DNA from: Octopus bimaculoides
Lineage: Eukaryota
Assembly (NCBI RefSeq): GCF_001194135.2
Contig: NC_068993.1
Coordinates: 53,036,565-53,100,564 of the forward strand
Direction: 5' to 3'
DNA: 64,000 bases
Shown one piece after another: positions 28,701 through 42,592 of this stretch; within the stretch, counting starts at the first letter, position 1; each line of letters starts with the position of its first letter. Made by a program: the position numbers and the translations under genes. The notes beneath the pieces were generated by a model. The model ran no database searches and was not told the DNA's origin. It saw only the letters and a program-made list of their open reading frames with translations.

Positions 28701-30555
28701 AGCCATGGGGAAATATTACCTTGCTTGGAAATAAGGACAGCTGGCTGTAGAAAATTTACCTCAACAAATTCTGTCTGATCTATGCAAGCATGAGAAAGTA
28801 AACACTGATGAACAATGATGATGTCATTATTTGCATGAATACAAACCATTTAAATACTGATTTGCTGAATAAACAAATCCTTTATCGAAGAAATGATCCA
28901 TTAACGAAGACAGAAATTTGTCATGTCTCATAGTTTCACTGTCACAAACAACAGTTAAGTGACGGCGGGCTCTTGTTATCGCTACATTTATACGTCTGCT
29001 TTCTGATAGAAAACCAACATCTCCTAGAAAATAAAAATGGAAAACATTTTCAGAAATTTATTTAGATTCTTACATAATCATATAAATATGGTATCTGCAA
29101 CTGAGGTGCTATTAAAATAGCCATCTATGAATCATACATAACATATAGACACAATTAATAGGCCAATTACCACAGTATTTATTATGGATGTGCTATATTA
29201 AAAACACAAATATCATCAGGAGATGGCAAATCATCTCAGCAGTGGTCAGCAAGAATGCCAGATGCATTTTGGTCTTTCTAATGGACCAAGTGACTACTAG
29301 AAACATCAGAGAATGTTTTAGTCACAGTTCACTACATCAGACAAGAGAAAGCCTGAGAATGTGGACTGGCTACAAGTATGTATCATTGAAAAGATCCAAA
29401 AAAGATATACTGAATCTAATATTCTCACTGGCCACAGCTGAGATGTCTCCTGATATTTATTGTTTTTAACACAGCATGACCATAAGAGATGTTACCTCAG
29501 GATAAATACAGTGTATCTTTTACTTGTTTCAGTTTATTAGACTGTGGCCATGCTGGGGCACCACCTTAAAAAATTTTAGTTGAATCGACCCAACACATTT
29601 TTTGTAAAACCTGCTACTTATTCTATCAGTCCCTTTTGCCAAACCACTGAGTTACAGGGGTGTAAACACACCAGCACCAGTTGTCAAGTGGTACTGAGGA
29701 ACAAACACATGCACACACACACACATATACAACAGGCTTCTTTCAGTTCCATCTACCAAACCCACTCGCATGGTAGAAGACACTTGCCCAAGGAGTCAAA
29801 CAGTGGGACTGAAACCGAAAGTATTATACATTAAGTATGATACATAGATATACACTTTATACACTTCTAAAATTATTGCAAATAATTATGAAAATCATAA
29901 GGTTTTGAAGATAGATACCAGATGTTTTTAAGATAATTCATAAATTTATGCTGCATGTTTTATTTTTATTTATTACTTGAATGTTTTATTTTGTTTTCAG
30001 AAGGTGAAAGGGAATTTGAAAAGTTTGCTCACCTTTTTGATTTGACCTCACTAAGGAAATAACAACAGCTTCTTTCTCTCGGCCTTGGAAACCATCAACT
30101 GACTTTATTTCCAATTTTGGATAATCAGAACTCATTTTCAGTCGCAGTAACTCAACCTACAAAATATATATATTTAGCTTAAGAACTGCACTCCATGTGG
30201 ACTTTGAAGCTAGCCCCTGTGAAGGTAAGCTAATTGGGCCTGCAGCGCAAAACTAAAGGGAGTGATAATAATAAAGCATTTATTGGTACCCTACCAATAT
30301 GGTATTACTTTAAATTCAGTTTAAATGAAAAACTTTTAAGTTCATGAATTTTTGGAGTGCTTTTAAAATTTTAATTTTCAACTGTTAGAATATAATAAAT
30401 CCTCATCCAGATCTGATCCCAATGCTGGATAGATTTTCAATCATGGGATCATTCTGATTCCAAAATGGTATAATATGTCTATGTAGAGCAAATGTAGACT
30501 GAGATGCAGGGGTCCCAGATGAACAGAGAGAATTTTGCATTTATTATTAGCGAGT

Positions 30556-30586
<31 letters not shown>

Positions 30587-33500
30587 AGACAAATGTAGGA
30601 TTCTAAGTAATACCTGAAGGTTGTATGGTGCAATAACTGCAATTTCTTCAACTGAAAGACCACTAGATATAAGCTTCCTTACATGGTAATTAACAATTTC
30701 AGCCTCCCCTGTAGATGGAAAAAAAAAAAAATTTAATACAGCATCATTCAAAATGAATGGTACAAAAAGAAAACGTACATGTAAGTGATGTAAGGAATAT
30801 ATTGCAAAGTGTACAATTCATTTGGACTTAATTACTCTGTATAGTAAGAATGCAAATGTAATCTTTCAAGAATCACAAAGAACAGTGGTTCTCAACCATT
30901 TTTTGCCTATGGACCCCTTTGATTCCTATTTTATTCGGATGGACCCCCATGGTCATTTGATGTTTAAAAATTCCTTTTATATTTTTATAATTAAATATTG
31001 TATTAAAAAAGTGTTAAAATATCTTGTGTATTGTAGAAGTATAACCAATTTATTGCAAATAAACTTTAACCATAAAATCTTATATGGACCCCCAAGGGTC
31101 ATATTAACCGTAATTGAGAACCACTGACATAGAGGCAGAAAACTTCAAAACTAAAACAACTCTAAATAGATACCATTCCTTCAGTTTTGTTTGTTTTCCC
31201 CTGTTAGCATGGGTCAGGAGGATACATTATTCAGGCATTGTTCTACAATCAAATACCATTCCTGTTGGGAACTATCATTTGTTTTTTAGGTGAGGGATCT
31301 CTAATTTCACAAGTCTTTGAAGGTGCGAAGTGAGCGAATGATTTGTTGGCACAGAAAGTAATAACAACACTGCTTGTAGATTGCGACTTTTGTAGAGTAC
31401 AAATGTAAACAAACACACACACACATACATGATGGGCTTCTTCCAATTGCATCTATCAAATCCACTCACAAGGTTTTGATCAGCTTGGAATTAGAGTAGA
31501 AGACACAGTAGGAATGAACCCAAAACAATGTGGTTGGGAAGCAAACTTCTTATCCACACAGCCATGCAGGCATCTAATGTGAACAGATATTTACAAGATG
31601 AAAAGAGAATGACAAGTTGGCGGTGATAGCAGTAAGGGAAGAAATAGTAAGGTTCAGTTTGATAAAATGATCTTTACTTTGTACATGAGAGGATGAAAAA
31701 CTAATATGAATGAGATTTCTACATAGAATTATAGTACCAGCAGAAGCATGTTCTATTTTAAGAAACATATATAATTGTAACTAAGATGGAACATATTACA
31801 TCATTAGATATGTAAGCATAAACATGGCTGTGTAGTGTAGGGATTCACTTTCCAACTATATGGTTTCAGGTTCAGTCCCTCTGAGTGGCACTTTAGGCAT
31901 GTGTTTTCTACTACAGTGCTGTGCAGACCAAAGCCTTATAAGTGAATTTGGAAGATGGAAACTGAAATAAACCTATTGTGAGTGTCAGTGTGTTTGATCA
32001 TGTCTCTTTGTCTCAACATCATGTGATAGTTGTAAACAAGCATCACCATCATGTAAGTGGTATCCTTCATTTCCAGTCTTCCATGAAAACACATCCAACC
32101 ATGGGGAAACATTAGCTTGCTTGGAAACAGGTGAGTGTAGGTGACAGGAAGGGCATCCACCTGTAGAAAATCTGTTTCAACAAATTCTGTCTGACCCATG
32201 TAAGCATGAAAAAGGTGTTGAAATGATGATGATGGTAGTGGTAACATTGCAGACAACTTGTTACAATCTAATTACTTCCTTACATCAAGTTATATCAAAA
32301 TAAAGAAAAAGAACAGAAAAGAAAAATTATGCAAACCTTCATTGCCCTTTGATATTTCTTCTGGAACTTCCAGTTCAGGCAGATTACAACCAGCAGTGTC
32401 AATCAATATTAGTGGTTCTGTAGTTAGTTCATTTTCTTCTATTCTGTCCAAATCCCTAAGAAAATTTATGAAAATGTCTTAACCCTTTTGTTAGTATATT
32501 TGTTGTTTTTGTTTCAATTAATTTGGAAAACTAATTGAAACTAATAAAATGATATTGTCATTTTTAAGCAGGTGTTTGGAACATAAATTAACATGGAATT
32601 TTAATGGGAAGTTTTAATTTAAATCATTTTAACCTTTTTTTCTTTTTTCTTTTTTTCCATTAGCTCTGCAAAATAAACATGATATCTTGGGAATATAATC
32701 TAGTTTTAGAAACCGAAGAGTCAATAATCTACTGATATAAAAATATGCAGATATTTTGAATTTATTCCAAGTTAAGAACTGGAAAACTGATCTTTCAGGA
32801 ATCATTTTACCTTAGCCAATAGGTTTCTTACCAAAAGTATATCCTCCTCCTCATCATCATCATCATCCTCATTATTTTACATCCTCTTTCATGCAGGCAT
32901 AGGTAGAATAGTTTGACAGGATTGAATGGGTTAGGTAATCAGAGGACCACATTTTCTTCCAATGTATCACTTTTGGCATAATTTCTATGGCTGATTGCCC
33001 CTCCTTACAACAACTCCTTTACAGAGTGTACTGGGTGCTTTTTGTGGCACCAGCTCTGTTGTAGCCCCCTTGTAACTTATAAAGCAAAATGGAGCACCCC
33101 ATGATGAAAAGGAACAGATTTACAGTGAAGATGTATAATAATAGAATCAGTAATGTGCAGATACATGGTTTAGTGGTTAGGGTGTTGGACTCGGGATCAT
33201 AACATTGTGATTTCAATCCCTGGACTGGGCAATGTGTGATGTTCTTGAGCAAAACACTTCATTCCACATTGCCCCAGTCCACTCAGCTGGTAAAAATGAA
33301 TAATCCTGCAACAGACTGGCATCCCATCCATGAGCAGTATATATGTCAGAGAAACCAACCCAATGTTCCTTACAGAGTAATGTGGGATAACCATGTATAA
33401 TCATCATCATCCTCATTTAACATCTATTGTCCATGCTGGTATGGGTTGGACAGTATGACCAGAGCTGGCAAGCTGAGCAGAATCCAGTCTGATTTGGCAT

Positions 33501-36500
33501 GATTTCTACGGCTGGATGCTCTTTCTAATGCCAACCACTTTACAGAGTGTGCTGGGTGCTTTTATGTGGCACCACATGGGTAATTTTACATGGCACCACA
33601 CAGATGCTTTTTATGTGGCACTGGCACAGTAACCATGTATAATAATTAATATAATACATATTAATAACATTGAAACCATAAAAGCATTCTAAAAAGAAAT
33701 TCAAATTTTATTAATATGCTAACAGTGGTTCTTACTAAAATAAATGTTACTAGATATTTATAATAAGAACAGATATTCTTCAAACAATATCATAAAATCC
33801 TTACTTCAGAAGATGATTTTTAACAGAAGAATCTGCAATGAGTTCATTGTCATACAGCTGTTTCGATGACCATTCCATAATATGCTGATGCATTCGGTAC
33901 TGAGTGGCTAACATTTTCTTTACTTTATTTCCATATTCCTTCAAGACTCTCTCCATCAGTGTTATCTCTAAACCTGCACTAGCTGCCCTTCAAATACAGA
34001 ATAGAAAACAATTAGAAACAAAGAACCAAATACCAAATTGAAGCTTGATGAAGTGAGACTGCCTTAGCATGTAATCTCATACAACTTTAGTTTTTGGTAA
34101 GTGCTAGGGACATCTAAACTTTTGTATAAGAAATGACAATTTCTCAAGCTGGATTGCCATACTCTAAAAACACTGGATTCATTGTCCCTCAACCTCTCTG
34201 TATCGCTAAGGAATCCCTGTTTGTGAGAATGCACCAATACAAGTTGCTGATTCCTATATATTTAGATATACAAATGAAACATAATGAAAAGCTGCCCTTT
34301 CAAAACAAAATTCTCCATATCCATTTTATTAATACACTAACATCACATGAAACTCTTTCTGCCTTAGTTGCTGAGATCACTTTCTGTAACTCTCGGACGA
34401 GGTTAAGTCAAAATGTGACCTTCTGTTCTAGACATGCATTCAGTTCTGCCCTTTGACCCCAGCAAATCAGAAGTTTCTCCCTCAGTAGATTTGAAGCCCA
34501 GTAGTGATTAAGTTCATGTGTTCTCATTTTTATAATTATTATTCCAAGCCAGACTGTGTGGGCAGTGACACAATTTTCACAAATTTACATAACATCAACG
34601 TCATTGTCATCAACATTGTCATCATTATATCTGCTTTTCCATGCTGGCATGGGTTGAAAGGGTTGTCACAGTTCAAGTCTGTTATTATGCAATGTTACTG
34701 CTCAACTAGAGAAGATGGGAGTTGTGCCTCACTCTCATGTTCCTTTGTAGGCATCTTTCTACAACTGGATATCCTACTTATTGCCAATCACTTTACAGAG
34801 TGTACTGGGTGCACTTTATCATACGACCAGCACTAGAGAGGTACTCATGTTCTTAACAAGACAAGAGCCCACTCTATTCAATGCTGTCTGTGCCTATTGA
34901 AAGCAAATGTGACTGAGAGGAGGAATATGAATACAATGGTCAAGACAGACCTAAATGTAAATATTATACATCCCTGTCTCCATCACCACCATCTTACAGA
35001 AAAAAAAAATTAAAATGTAAAATGTGAAAATACATACTCCTTTGATATAATAGTAGGTGGAAGCTGGCAGTGATCTCCAGCCAAAACACATTTAGGAGCT
35101 CGAGGAATTGGTATCCAACAGGCAGCTTCAGTTGCCTAACAACATAGAAAAAATATTTTTATAAAATTTTAAGAATTTGAATTAAATTAAGATATCAAAA
35201 GGATTTTAACAAATCCTTATAATATTGATTCTTAGATATAAAATAACACAGAACTTTTTCTTTTTTTTTTTTTTTTTACTTTTAGGAAGGAAAACATTGC
35301 TCATGACCTATTACAGGGCCCCCAAGACTGGTGAAAGGAAAGGACAAAGAGATATCTTCAAACCAGTAACCAGGCCTGAATTCTGGCAACAGAGTGGTCT
35401 CCACTAAAGACACCAAAGGTGCCAGGTAGTGGTGTTAAACTGGGCAACAGACAGGCTATGGTGTGATTTGAATTCAGAATGCAAAGTGCTGGAACAGATA
35501 TCACAAAGCATTTGATCTGATGCTTTCACTAGTCTGAAAGGATAAAAGATGAAGTAGACCTCAATAGAATTTGAACTCAGCACTAGATACAGTCAAAAGT
35601 TTTGCTGATGTCAAGAGTAACAATACCACTTTCATCCAAGTTTGCAAGTGTGAGAATCTACTGAAGTATAGTAAATGAAGGTAGACTTTCTTAAATCAAA
35701 TCCTTCTGAGAAGAAAAAGAGATTCTGAGTGACAAAAGAAATAATTGTTTAAGACTGCCTTCATTATCTATAATATGTTACAAGCAGAAGGACACGGTTT
35801 CACTCAGGTTATAAACTCATAGCCTTAACACAATGCCCTTTGCTTGTACTGTACGATTAGTGTATTTCTCAGAAAGTAATATTTTTAACACTCAATGGTT
35901 TTACACTTCAGTACATCACATGCACATATTATTCATGCAAGTGCTTCTTCATATACTCTGTTTTCTGTCTTGCCACTGAGAATGTCAACTCTGGAACATC
36001 CAACATACAGCTGACCATGTGAGAAGCATGGTTGAAGGAGTTTAAGTTCCACCACCTTTAGAGATTGACATTGTCCTTTGCTGATAGACATCGCAAAGCT
36101 CAGTTTGACAGGAAACTGCAGTGTTTTGAACTTAAAGGGGAAATCATTTGAGATGAGAGGGATCCTTGGAATGGAGACATTCTCACACATCATGTTGCCT
36201 GTAATTACTGTTGCTTCAAACACATGGGGCATGGCTGTTTTAACAACCAGCCTTGTTCCATTTGCAGAGTCTGGGTACATCAAAGTTTCTTAACAGCAGT
36301 ATGGGAGCAACTGTTTTCAAGGGCTCTGGAGGTTGGGGCATTGCAGGGAGTTTAACCTTTCCACCGCAGCAGCACAGCCCAGGTGTCTCTCCAGGTTACT
36401 TCCATGCTTTGCAGTGTATGCACTAAATTGTCATAGCATCAATGGAAACTTTAGTGTTATCTGCATAACTAACTGCTGGATCATAGTTGAAAGCTGTTTC

Positions 36501-39500
36501 ATAGAAGTTGCTTCTCTGAGCTGTTGTGAAACACTATTTAATAATTAATATAGAGTATTACCTGTGAACATTCATCAACGATAACCATGTCAAAATAATT
36601 ATATTTCAATTCTTTAAGGGGTCCATCATCAGATGCACTTGTTAAGGTGGATAGGATAATATCAGCACGCTTTAGGATTTCAGTGCTACTCTGTAATGTT
36701 CTTTGATGAAGTTCTTTTCGCAAGACCTTTATCTCTTCTCTATATTTATATTTTTCTCCACCTTTATTTGATTTCAGGAGTTGATTCTAAAAATAAAATG
36801 TATTTAACTATATATCATTGTTATTTTTGCATGTCTTTATTTTATTTTTTATTTAACAGTGAGACTGTAAAATTGACAAAAAAGCCATATCTTTTGTCAT
36901 TCGTCTTAACATACAAGCTCTAACATTATAACATTTTTCTTATATTTGCTGCTACACTGTCAACAACCAAGATGTTTATTGTTATTCATTTAAAATCAAA
37001 CCAATTTAATAATGATGACAATAATGAAAATATCATAATATCCATCATCATTGTTTTAGCATGAAACCTGTGCTTGTATTGTTAAGGTTAGGCAGTCTCT
37101 TAAAAGACTAACTATAGTTATACTAACTAAAGTTACAAGAAAAAAACCTTTAGTAAACACAATCTGAAATAAGCTATAGCTGCAGAGGAAACATGAAAAT
37201 GTATAACATCACATATATTTGTATGCATGTATGTAGGTAGGTGGATAGGTGAGTGGGTATTTTTCAGGTAGATAGACATATATAGATAGTAACAGATAGA
37301 TATACAGATGAATAGATATACAGATGAATCCGCAACCTGTCTAGTAAACTTACATAAGCTTTATCCAAATCCTTCTTGACATCCATGATTAGCTTTCCAC
37401 CATCACTTGATGAAAGAATTGCATCTAAACAATATTTTTGTAGATGTGGCAATTGACGAGCTGGATGACCAATACGAAGAATATTCTGTTTCAGCAGGGC
37501 TAATCTGTCCACAAGATTATCCACAGCAATATTAGAGGGTGCACACACAAGAACCTAGAAAAAAAAAAGCATGGATGCAGACATCATTGTGTGATTATGA
37601 AATTAGCTTTGCAATCATGTGATCGCAGGTTCAATCCTAGACTGTGGCAACTTGAGTAACTGTCTTCTAGTGTAACATCAGGTTGACCAATATCTTGTGA
37701 ATAGAATTTAGTAGATAGTTTCTGGTGATATGAAGTTCTTGAAAAGACTTGTCCACCTCAGCAAAACTGAGTCCTGGAAGTGCTGTTTATTTTCTCCACT
37801 ACCTTTCAAGCATTATGCTTGTCTTTCCCCTCTCTGGCTCCTACAGAATACCCAACCATGTTATCTCCCTCTCTTGTCCCCCCCCCCCCCNNNNNNNNNN
37901 CACTCAATCACTCTTCTACAATTCTCTATCCTACCCAGATCCTTGTTCTTCATTTATCCAACCTTCAGCCTTACTCATTTTGACAGTGTCCTCCACTTAG
38001 CCCCCTATTTCTTCATACTCTTTTCCATACAACATTGCAAACCACCCACCCACTTCTACTCAGCTTGTGTCTGGTGGGGACCATTTGGGTATCTCCTCAC
38101 CATTATCTATCTTTTGCAGCTCCTACTGATAATTTTCTCTTTTTTTTTTTATCCCTTTCTTCTATTAGATGTGAGTAACCAAGCAGATCCCTCAACAAAA
38201 GCCTGCTCTGTCACCCATCTTCTCATAGTAATCCCCTCGTTCTCATATCATGAAGTTGATCCCACCACCACCCAAGGTTCATAATCTAGCAAATTGTACG
38301 GTGACCTCAGTGTTGGTGGCACAAAAAAAAACACCATCCAAGCTGTAAAGTGGTTTGATTAGGAAGGGTATCCAACCATAAAAACCATGCCAAAGCAGAC
38401 ACTGGAGCAGGAGGCAATCCTTGGATACATCTGATCCTGTCAAATATCCAACCCATGCCAGCATGGGACATGAATGTTAAATGATGAAGTAATAGTAGTT
38501 TTGTTTCTATACATCCTAACCTCAAATCCTGTCTGGAGAGAACTGTGTTCTGTCATCTGTCTCATCCTCATCATCATTTTAGCATCTACTTTCCAAGCTT
38601 GCATAGGTTGGAAGGAGTTTACTGAAACAGATCTTCTTTGCCCAGATGCCCTTCCTGTTGTTAAACCTCACCTGCTCTCAAGAAATGTAATATTTCCTCA
38701 TGACCAGACAAGGTTTCTGTAGAATAATGAAAGTGAATGACACTGCTTTTATGGCAACTAGCACATGATGTCAAGACAAAGAGATACCTACATACACACA
38801 TGCACACGATAAGCTTTTTTCGGTTTTCATCTACCAAATTCACTCATAATGCTTTGACTGACCTGAGACTAACTGGGATTATAGTAGAAATGCTTGCCCA
38901 AGGTGCCATGCAATGGAAATGAACCCAAAAGCATATAGTTTGAAAGCAAACTTCTTAACCACACTGCCATGCCTGCACCTGTTTCATGTTGATAAAATAA
39001 ATACCAGCCATATACTGAATTAGTTCAACAAAACATGCTACTTTCCAATAAATTGTAATCCTCAGTTTTATGAATGCAAAGTCTTTTTAATGGGAAGCAT
39101 ATACCTTTTGTTTCTGCTTGACAGCTTGCAACAAAATCTCAATAACTGTGGTAGTTTTTCCTGTACCAGGTGGCCCATGAATTATAGCGATATTCTTTTG
39201 ATTTATTGCAAATTTCACAGCTTCTCTCTGAGATTCATCAAGATTTGTATTGTAAAATGTAAAATCTAAAAAAGAAAAAGAAACATGCTTATAAAAGAAA
39301 TTTATTAATCCATTGTGAGACATGGGAGGTTTCAGGACAGCATTTTTCTCTGCCTTCCAAAATTTATAAGTATGTCACCGGCATTAGGAAGGGCATCCAG
39401 CGACACAAACCATTCCCAAACACACAATGGAGCTTTGTGTGGCCTCCAGCCTTATCAGCTCCTGTCAAACCATCCAACCCAACCCAGCATGGTAAACAGA

Positions 39501-42500
39501 TGATAAATAATGAAGAGGAAGATAATGTCAGTCTGTAACAAGTTGAACAGTTTGACAGGATCCAACAAGCCAAAGGACGATGTCGTGTTCCAGTGTCTGC
39601 TTTAGCATAGTTTCTACAGCTGGATGCCTTTCCTATATACATATCTATAGGAAAGATATGTATACAATCTATCCTTGAAAATGATGCAGTTTAAATCTGT
39701 ACCAAGATATGGTCATATTTTTAGAGAGAAAACTGCAAGAGAATTTCTTAACTAAGAACAAACCAATCTACTTTGCATTTACCAATCTGAAAGCTCAACC
39801 TTGAAAGAATGGTTTAGAGTTTGAAGGCCTAAAAGTTACCATAGTAAAAACCAAGGATCTCACTGCTAACAGAACACTAAGGTGGCTCTGCCTATTAGAG
39901 AGGAGGAAAGAACTATGATACTATATATTCATACTCTCTGAAGCATAATATTTGTGAATTCAAAGGGTTAAGCTATTGTAACATACAAGACAATTGCAAC
40001 CTACCATGACATTTTTCTGAAGGAATGAATTTATGATTAAATAAAATATCCAATAAATCGCTGGCTCTTCCATTTCCTGCTTTATGTAATCCACTTACAG
40101 CACTGAAAAAAAGTTTTAATTGAATTAATTTGATTGAAAATATTCATTGACAAGAAAATTCTTAATAAAAGATTTTTAATATCTACCGATAGTTACAAAC
40201 AGTAAAATTGCTGCCATTTCTCCTATCAATGTACCATCTGTTGACAGTGCACTTTGGAAGATGCATAAAATAAGAAGTCCCTTACTTGAAAAGTGGATAA
40301 AACTTATTAACAGGAAGGGCATTCAGTAGTAAAATATTACCTCAATATATGAGTGAATATATGAATATGTATGTGTGTATGCATGTATTTGAAACCATAC
40401 ATAGATTTTAGGAAAATTTGTTTTTGCTCAACAATTGTAAAAGTCAAATAAACTATGGAATTCAAATTATTCAACTCTTTAATTATTCTTTTATCATAGC
40501 AACATAATTACATACTAATTAAAAATTAATTTTCATTAAACAAAACACTAAATTAGGGAAATTAATAGAAATTTAAAAATGGAATATGAATTTACCTTTT
40601 TAATCTCTTATAAGTCACATCATTAGCAATTTTGAGAAGTTTATAATGAGCATCAGAAGACATGGTCTCTATGTCTTTATATTCATCAAATGCTACTGAA
40701 ATACTGTTAGAGGTGGTCTTGGAAACAATACCAACTGCAATATTCTCAGACTGTGCAGCATTTTTCTGATTTAAACTGAGCTGAACAATGTCACCTATAA
40801 AATGTAAAATAAATTCAATTATCTATTAACAGTTGGTACTGAAATCAATAATTCTATGTGTATCATGAAACATTATGGGACACCTCTCAAGACACTCACA
40901 TAGCACTAGAAAGTGATAGTCAAATTAAAAAAACATAGCATTGCATTATGTAAATTAAATTTTAACTGAAAAAAAAATTCTGTATAATTTATTGATAGTT
41001 TAATGAAAGACAAGGAAAACTGGAAACAAATGATATCACATGCATAACAGTGACAATTACAACTGTTACACATCAAGACAAGAAGACAGATATGGTGTAA
41101 GTGTGGGTGTGTTGCTTCCCATCTACATGGTTTTGAGTTCTGCCCACTGAGTAGCATTTAGGACAAGTGTCTTCTACTACTGCCCAGGGCCATAAAATCT
41201 GAGTGATACAGTGTGATAAGGTTGGACCTTTGAATTACAGACACAGTACATCCAATGGGCCTCTATACAATTTATGCCAATCAAAATTCTCTTCTAAGGC
41301 TCGAAGCTATTCAGGTCTATGGTGAAAACACTTAAGATGTCACAGAGTGGAATCGACCCTGGGACTTCATAGTTGCATGGGGAATTTCTTAATTACTTAG
41401 CTATGCTTACATCTAGAGGAGCAAAGTATCAACCTTTAAAAGCTTTTCAAGACTAGAGACATCATCATCATTGTTTAACATCCAATTCCATGCTTGCATG
41501 AGTCAGGTGGAATTTGTTGAAAAAGATTTTCTATGGCTGGACACCTTTCCTATTTCCAATCCTCACCTATTTCTAAGCAAGGTATTATTTCACCATGGAA
41601 GACAGGAAATGAAACAACATTGCTTGTATGATGGTGATGCTCATTTGCAACCATCACATGACGTCAAGTCAAGGATACACACAAACACACACATATATAC
41701 ATATAAATACATATATGACAAGCCTCTTTTTTCAGTTTCAATTTATCAAATTTGGTCGACCCAGTGCTATAATAGAAGGCACTTAGCCAAGATGCTGCAC
41801 AGTGGAACTGAATCCAAGACTACATGGTTGGGAAGCAAGGGTTCCCAACCATGTGGTCTTCATTATATTTCATAATAAAACAAAAAATACAATATTAATG
41901 TACATTGTGTAATTTTCAAAATGTAAAATATTACCTGGTGTAAATGAATGAGATGGTAGTTCTTTCTTCATCCATGGTTCAAGTGTAACAATCATACGAC
42001 CATAAAAACCAGATGCCTGGCTAGCAAGGTGCAGCTTTAGAAGGCAGACTCCTTTCTTTTCTAATTGTTTTGGAGGAAGTTTCTCATAAAAATAGCTGGA
42101 AAACCATTTAAGAAACAGATTAAAATTCAATGTCTAACCTAATTTTAAAATGAAAAAAATAGTCTTTTCTGATAATTTCAAGAAATGAAAAATAAATTAT
42201 TAAAACTAATTACCATTCTTTGCATATTTTTAACGTTTTATATTTTACTTGTTTCACTGCATTCAAAGGTTTAGTCAATCAAATCAACCCCTTATTTTTT
42301 AAAGTCTGGTACTTATTTTATCAATCTCTTTTGTCAAACCACTAGATTATAGATATAAGCAAACCAACACGGGCTATCAAGCAATGGCAGTTGGGACACA
42401 CACGTGTGTGTGTGTGTGTCCCAACATGATGAGTATACTGGGCTTCATACATTTGCATCCCAGTGTCACTTTGAAGGCATGCACTGCTCTCTCACTCAAT

Positions 42501-42592
42501 AATAATAATAATAAATACCTATTTTCTTTTATTTCTGCATTTCGCTCTTCTTCAAGAAGTGCCAAAGTTTTTGAGACAAATTCTTCAACCAT
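24890..42592 (-). CDS. IGHMBP2: DNA-binding protein SMUBP-2 / IGHMBP2 (UPF1-like SF1 helicase, R3H domain, AN1 zinc finger), 16 exons, about 987 aa
   Basis: Motifs [64 protein letters not shown] and [12 protein letters not shown] are present, followed by R3H ([20 protein letters not shown]) and a C-terminal AN1 finger. Exon phases are compatible if exon 14 is used. Confidence 0.95.
26135..26276 (-). CDS. IGHMBP2: IGHMBP2 exon 15/16 (R3H N-terminal part)
   Basis: KISKADK...[17 protein letters not shown], donor GTAAGG. Confidence 0.88.
26886..27025 (-). mobile_element. RTE-clade LINE 3' fragment
   Basis: GRPRR...[22 protein letters not shown] is typical of an RTE C-terminus. Confidence 0.7.
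27646..27767. other. Assembly gap (122 N)
   Basis: N run. Confidence 1.
28402..28441 (-). CDS. IGHMBP2: IGHMBP2 candidate micro-exon 14/16
   Basis: 40 nt, CATAG acceptor and GTGAGT donor, (G)[12 protein letters not shown](I). It is the exon I found that repairs the phase-1 to phase-2 mismatch between exons 13 and 15. Confidence 0.5.
28847..29023 (-). CDS. IGHMBP2: IGHMBP2 exon 13/16
   Basis: [27 protein letters not shown]. Confidence 0.95.
30033..30156 (-). CDS. IGHMBP2: IGHMBP2 exon 12/16
   Basis: VELLR...[24 protein letters not shown]. Confidence 0.95.
30614..30708 (-). CDS. IGHMBP2: IGHMBP2 exon 11/16
   Basis: [16 protein letters not shown]...[10 protein letters not shown]. Confidence 0.94.
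30883..31126. mobile_element. hAT (Charlie-like) MITE
   Basis: CAGTGGTTCTCAA...TTGAGAACCACTG TIRs; TSD ACAAAGAA/ACATAGAG (6/8 match). Confidence 0.85.
32337..32455 (-). CDS. IGHMBP2: IGHMBP2 exon 10/16
   Basis: [16 protein letters not shown]...SKGNEG. Confidence 0.93.
33805..33987 (-). CDS. IGHMBP2: IGHMBP2 exon 9/16
   Basis: [13 protein letters not shown]...[14 protein letters not shown]...KNHLL. Confidence 0.94.
35038..35135 (-). CDS. IGHMBP2: IGHMBP2 exon 8/16
   Basis: [32 protein letters not shown]. Confidence 0.93.
35781..36554 (-). mobile_element. Internally deleted non-autonomous Helitron
   Basis: Pre-Rep region AFNYDP...[30 protein letters not shown] is fused to the PIF1-like helicase C-terminus [20 protein letters not shown]...IPRIPL...[13 protein letters not shown]...[13 protein letters not shown]. 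The 5' end is TC; the 3' end is a decayed hairpin plus CTTG|T. Confidence 0.88.
36562..36786 (-). CDS. IGHMBP2: IGHMBP2 exon 7/16
   Basis: LRKELHQR...[11 protein letters not shown] (Walker B). Confidence 0.93.
37354..37554 (-). CDS. IGHMBP2: IGHMBP2 exon 6/16
   Basis: [18 protein letters not shown]...RIGHPAR. Confidence 0.95.
37891..37900. other. Assembly gap (10 N)
   Basis: N run. Confidence 1.
39105..39265 (-). CDS. IGHMBP2: IGHMBP2 exon 5/16
   Basis: [10 protein letters not shown]...[16 protein letters not shown] (Walker A). Confidence 0.95.
40005..40102 (-). CDS. IGHMBP2: IGHMBP2 exon 4/16
   Basis: [32 protein letters not shown], phase 2 to phase 1. Confidence 0.88.
40596..40794 (-). 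CDS. IGHMBP2: IGHMBP2 exon 3/16
   Basis: DIVQL...GIVSK...SVAFDE...[15 protein letters not shown]. Confidence 0.93.
41935..42095 (-). CDS. IGHMBP2: IGHMBP2 exon 2/16
   Basis: [13 protein letters not shown]...[12 protein letters not shown]...LPSHSFTPG. Confidence 0.93.
42519..42592 (-). CDS. IGHMBP2: IGHMBP2 exon 1/16
   Basis: [24 protein letters not shown]. Confidence 0.9.

Noticed and set aside
33170-33250. tRNA-like sequence GGTTTAGTGGTTAGGGTGTTGGACTC...TTCAATCCCTGG
   Set aside because: SINE head: no acceptor-stem closure, and it is followed by SINE body and tail. I could support no genuine tRNA, rRNA or snRNA gene in the window.
35933-36283. 116-aa ORF as a host PIF1 helicase gene or an extra IGHMBP2 exon
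   Set aside because: It is the C-terminal Helitron helicase fragment with a frameshift and upstream stops; IGHMBP2 exons 7 and 8 join in frame without it.
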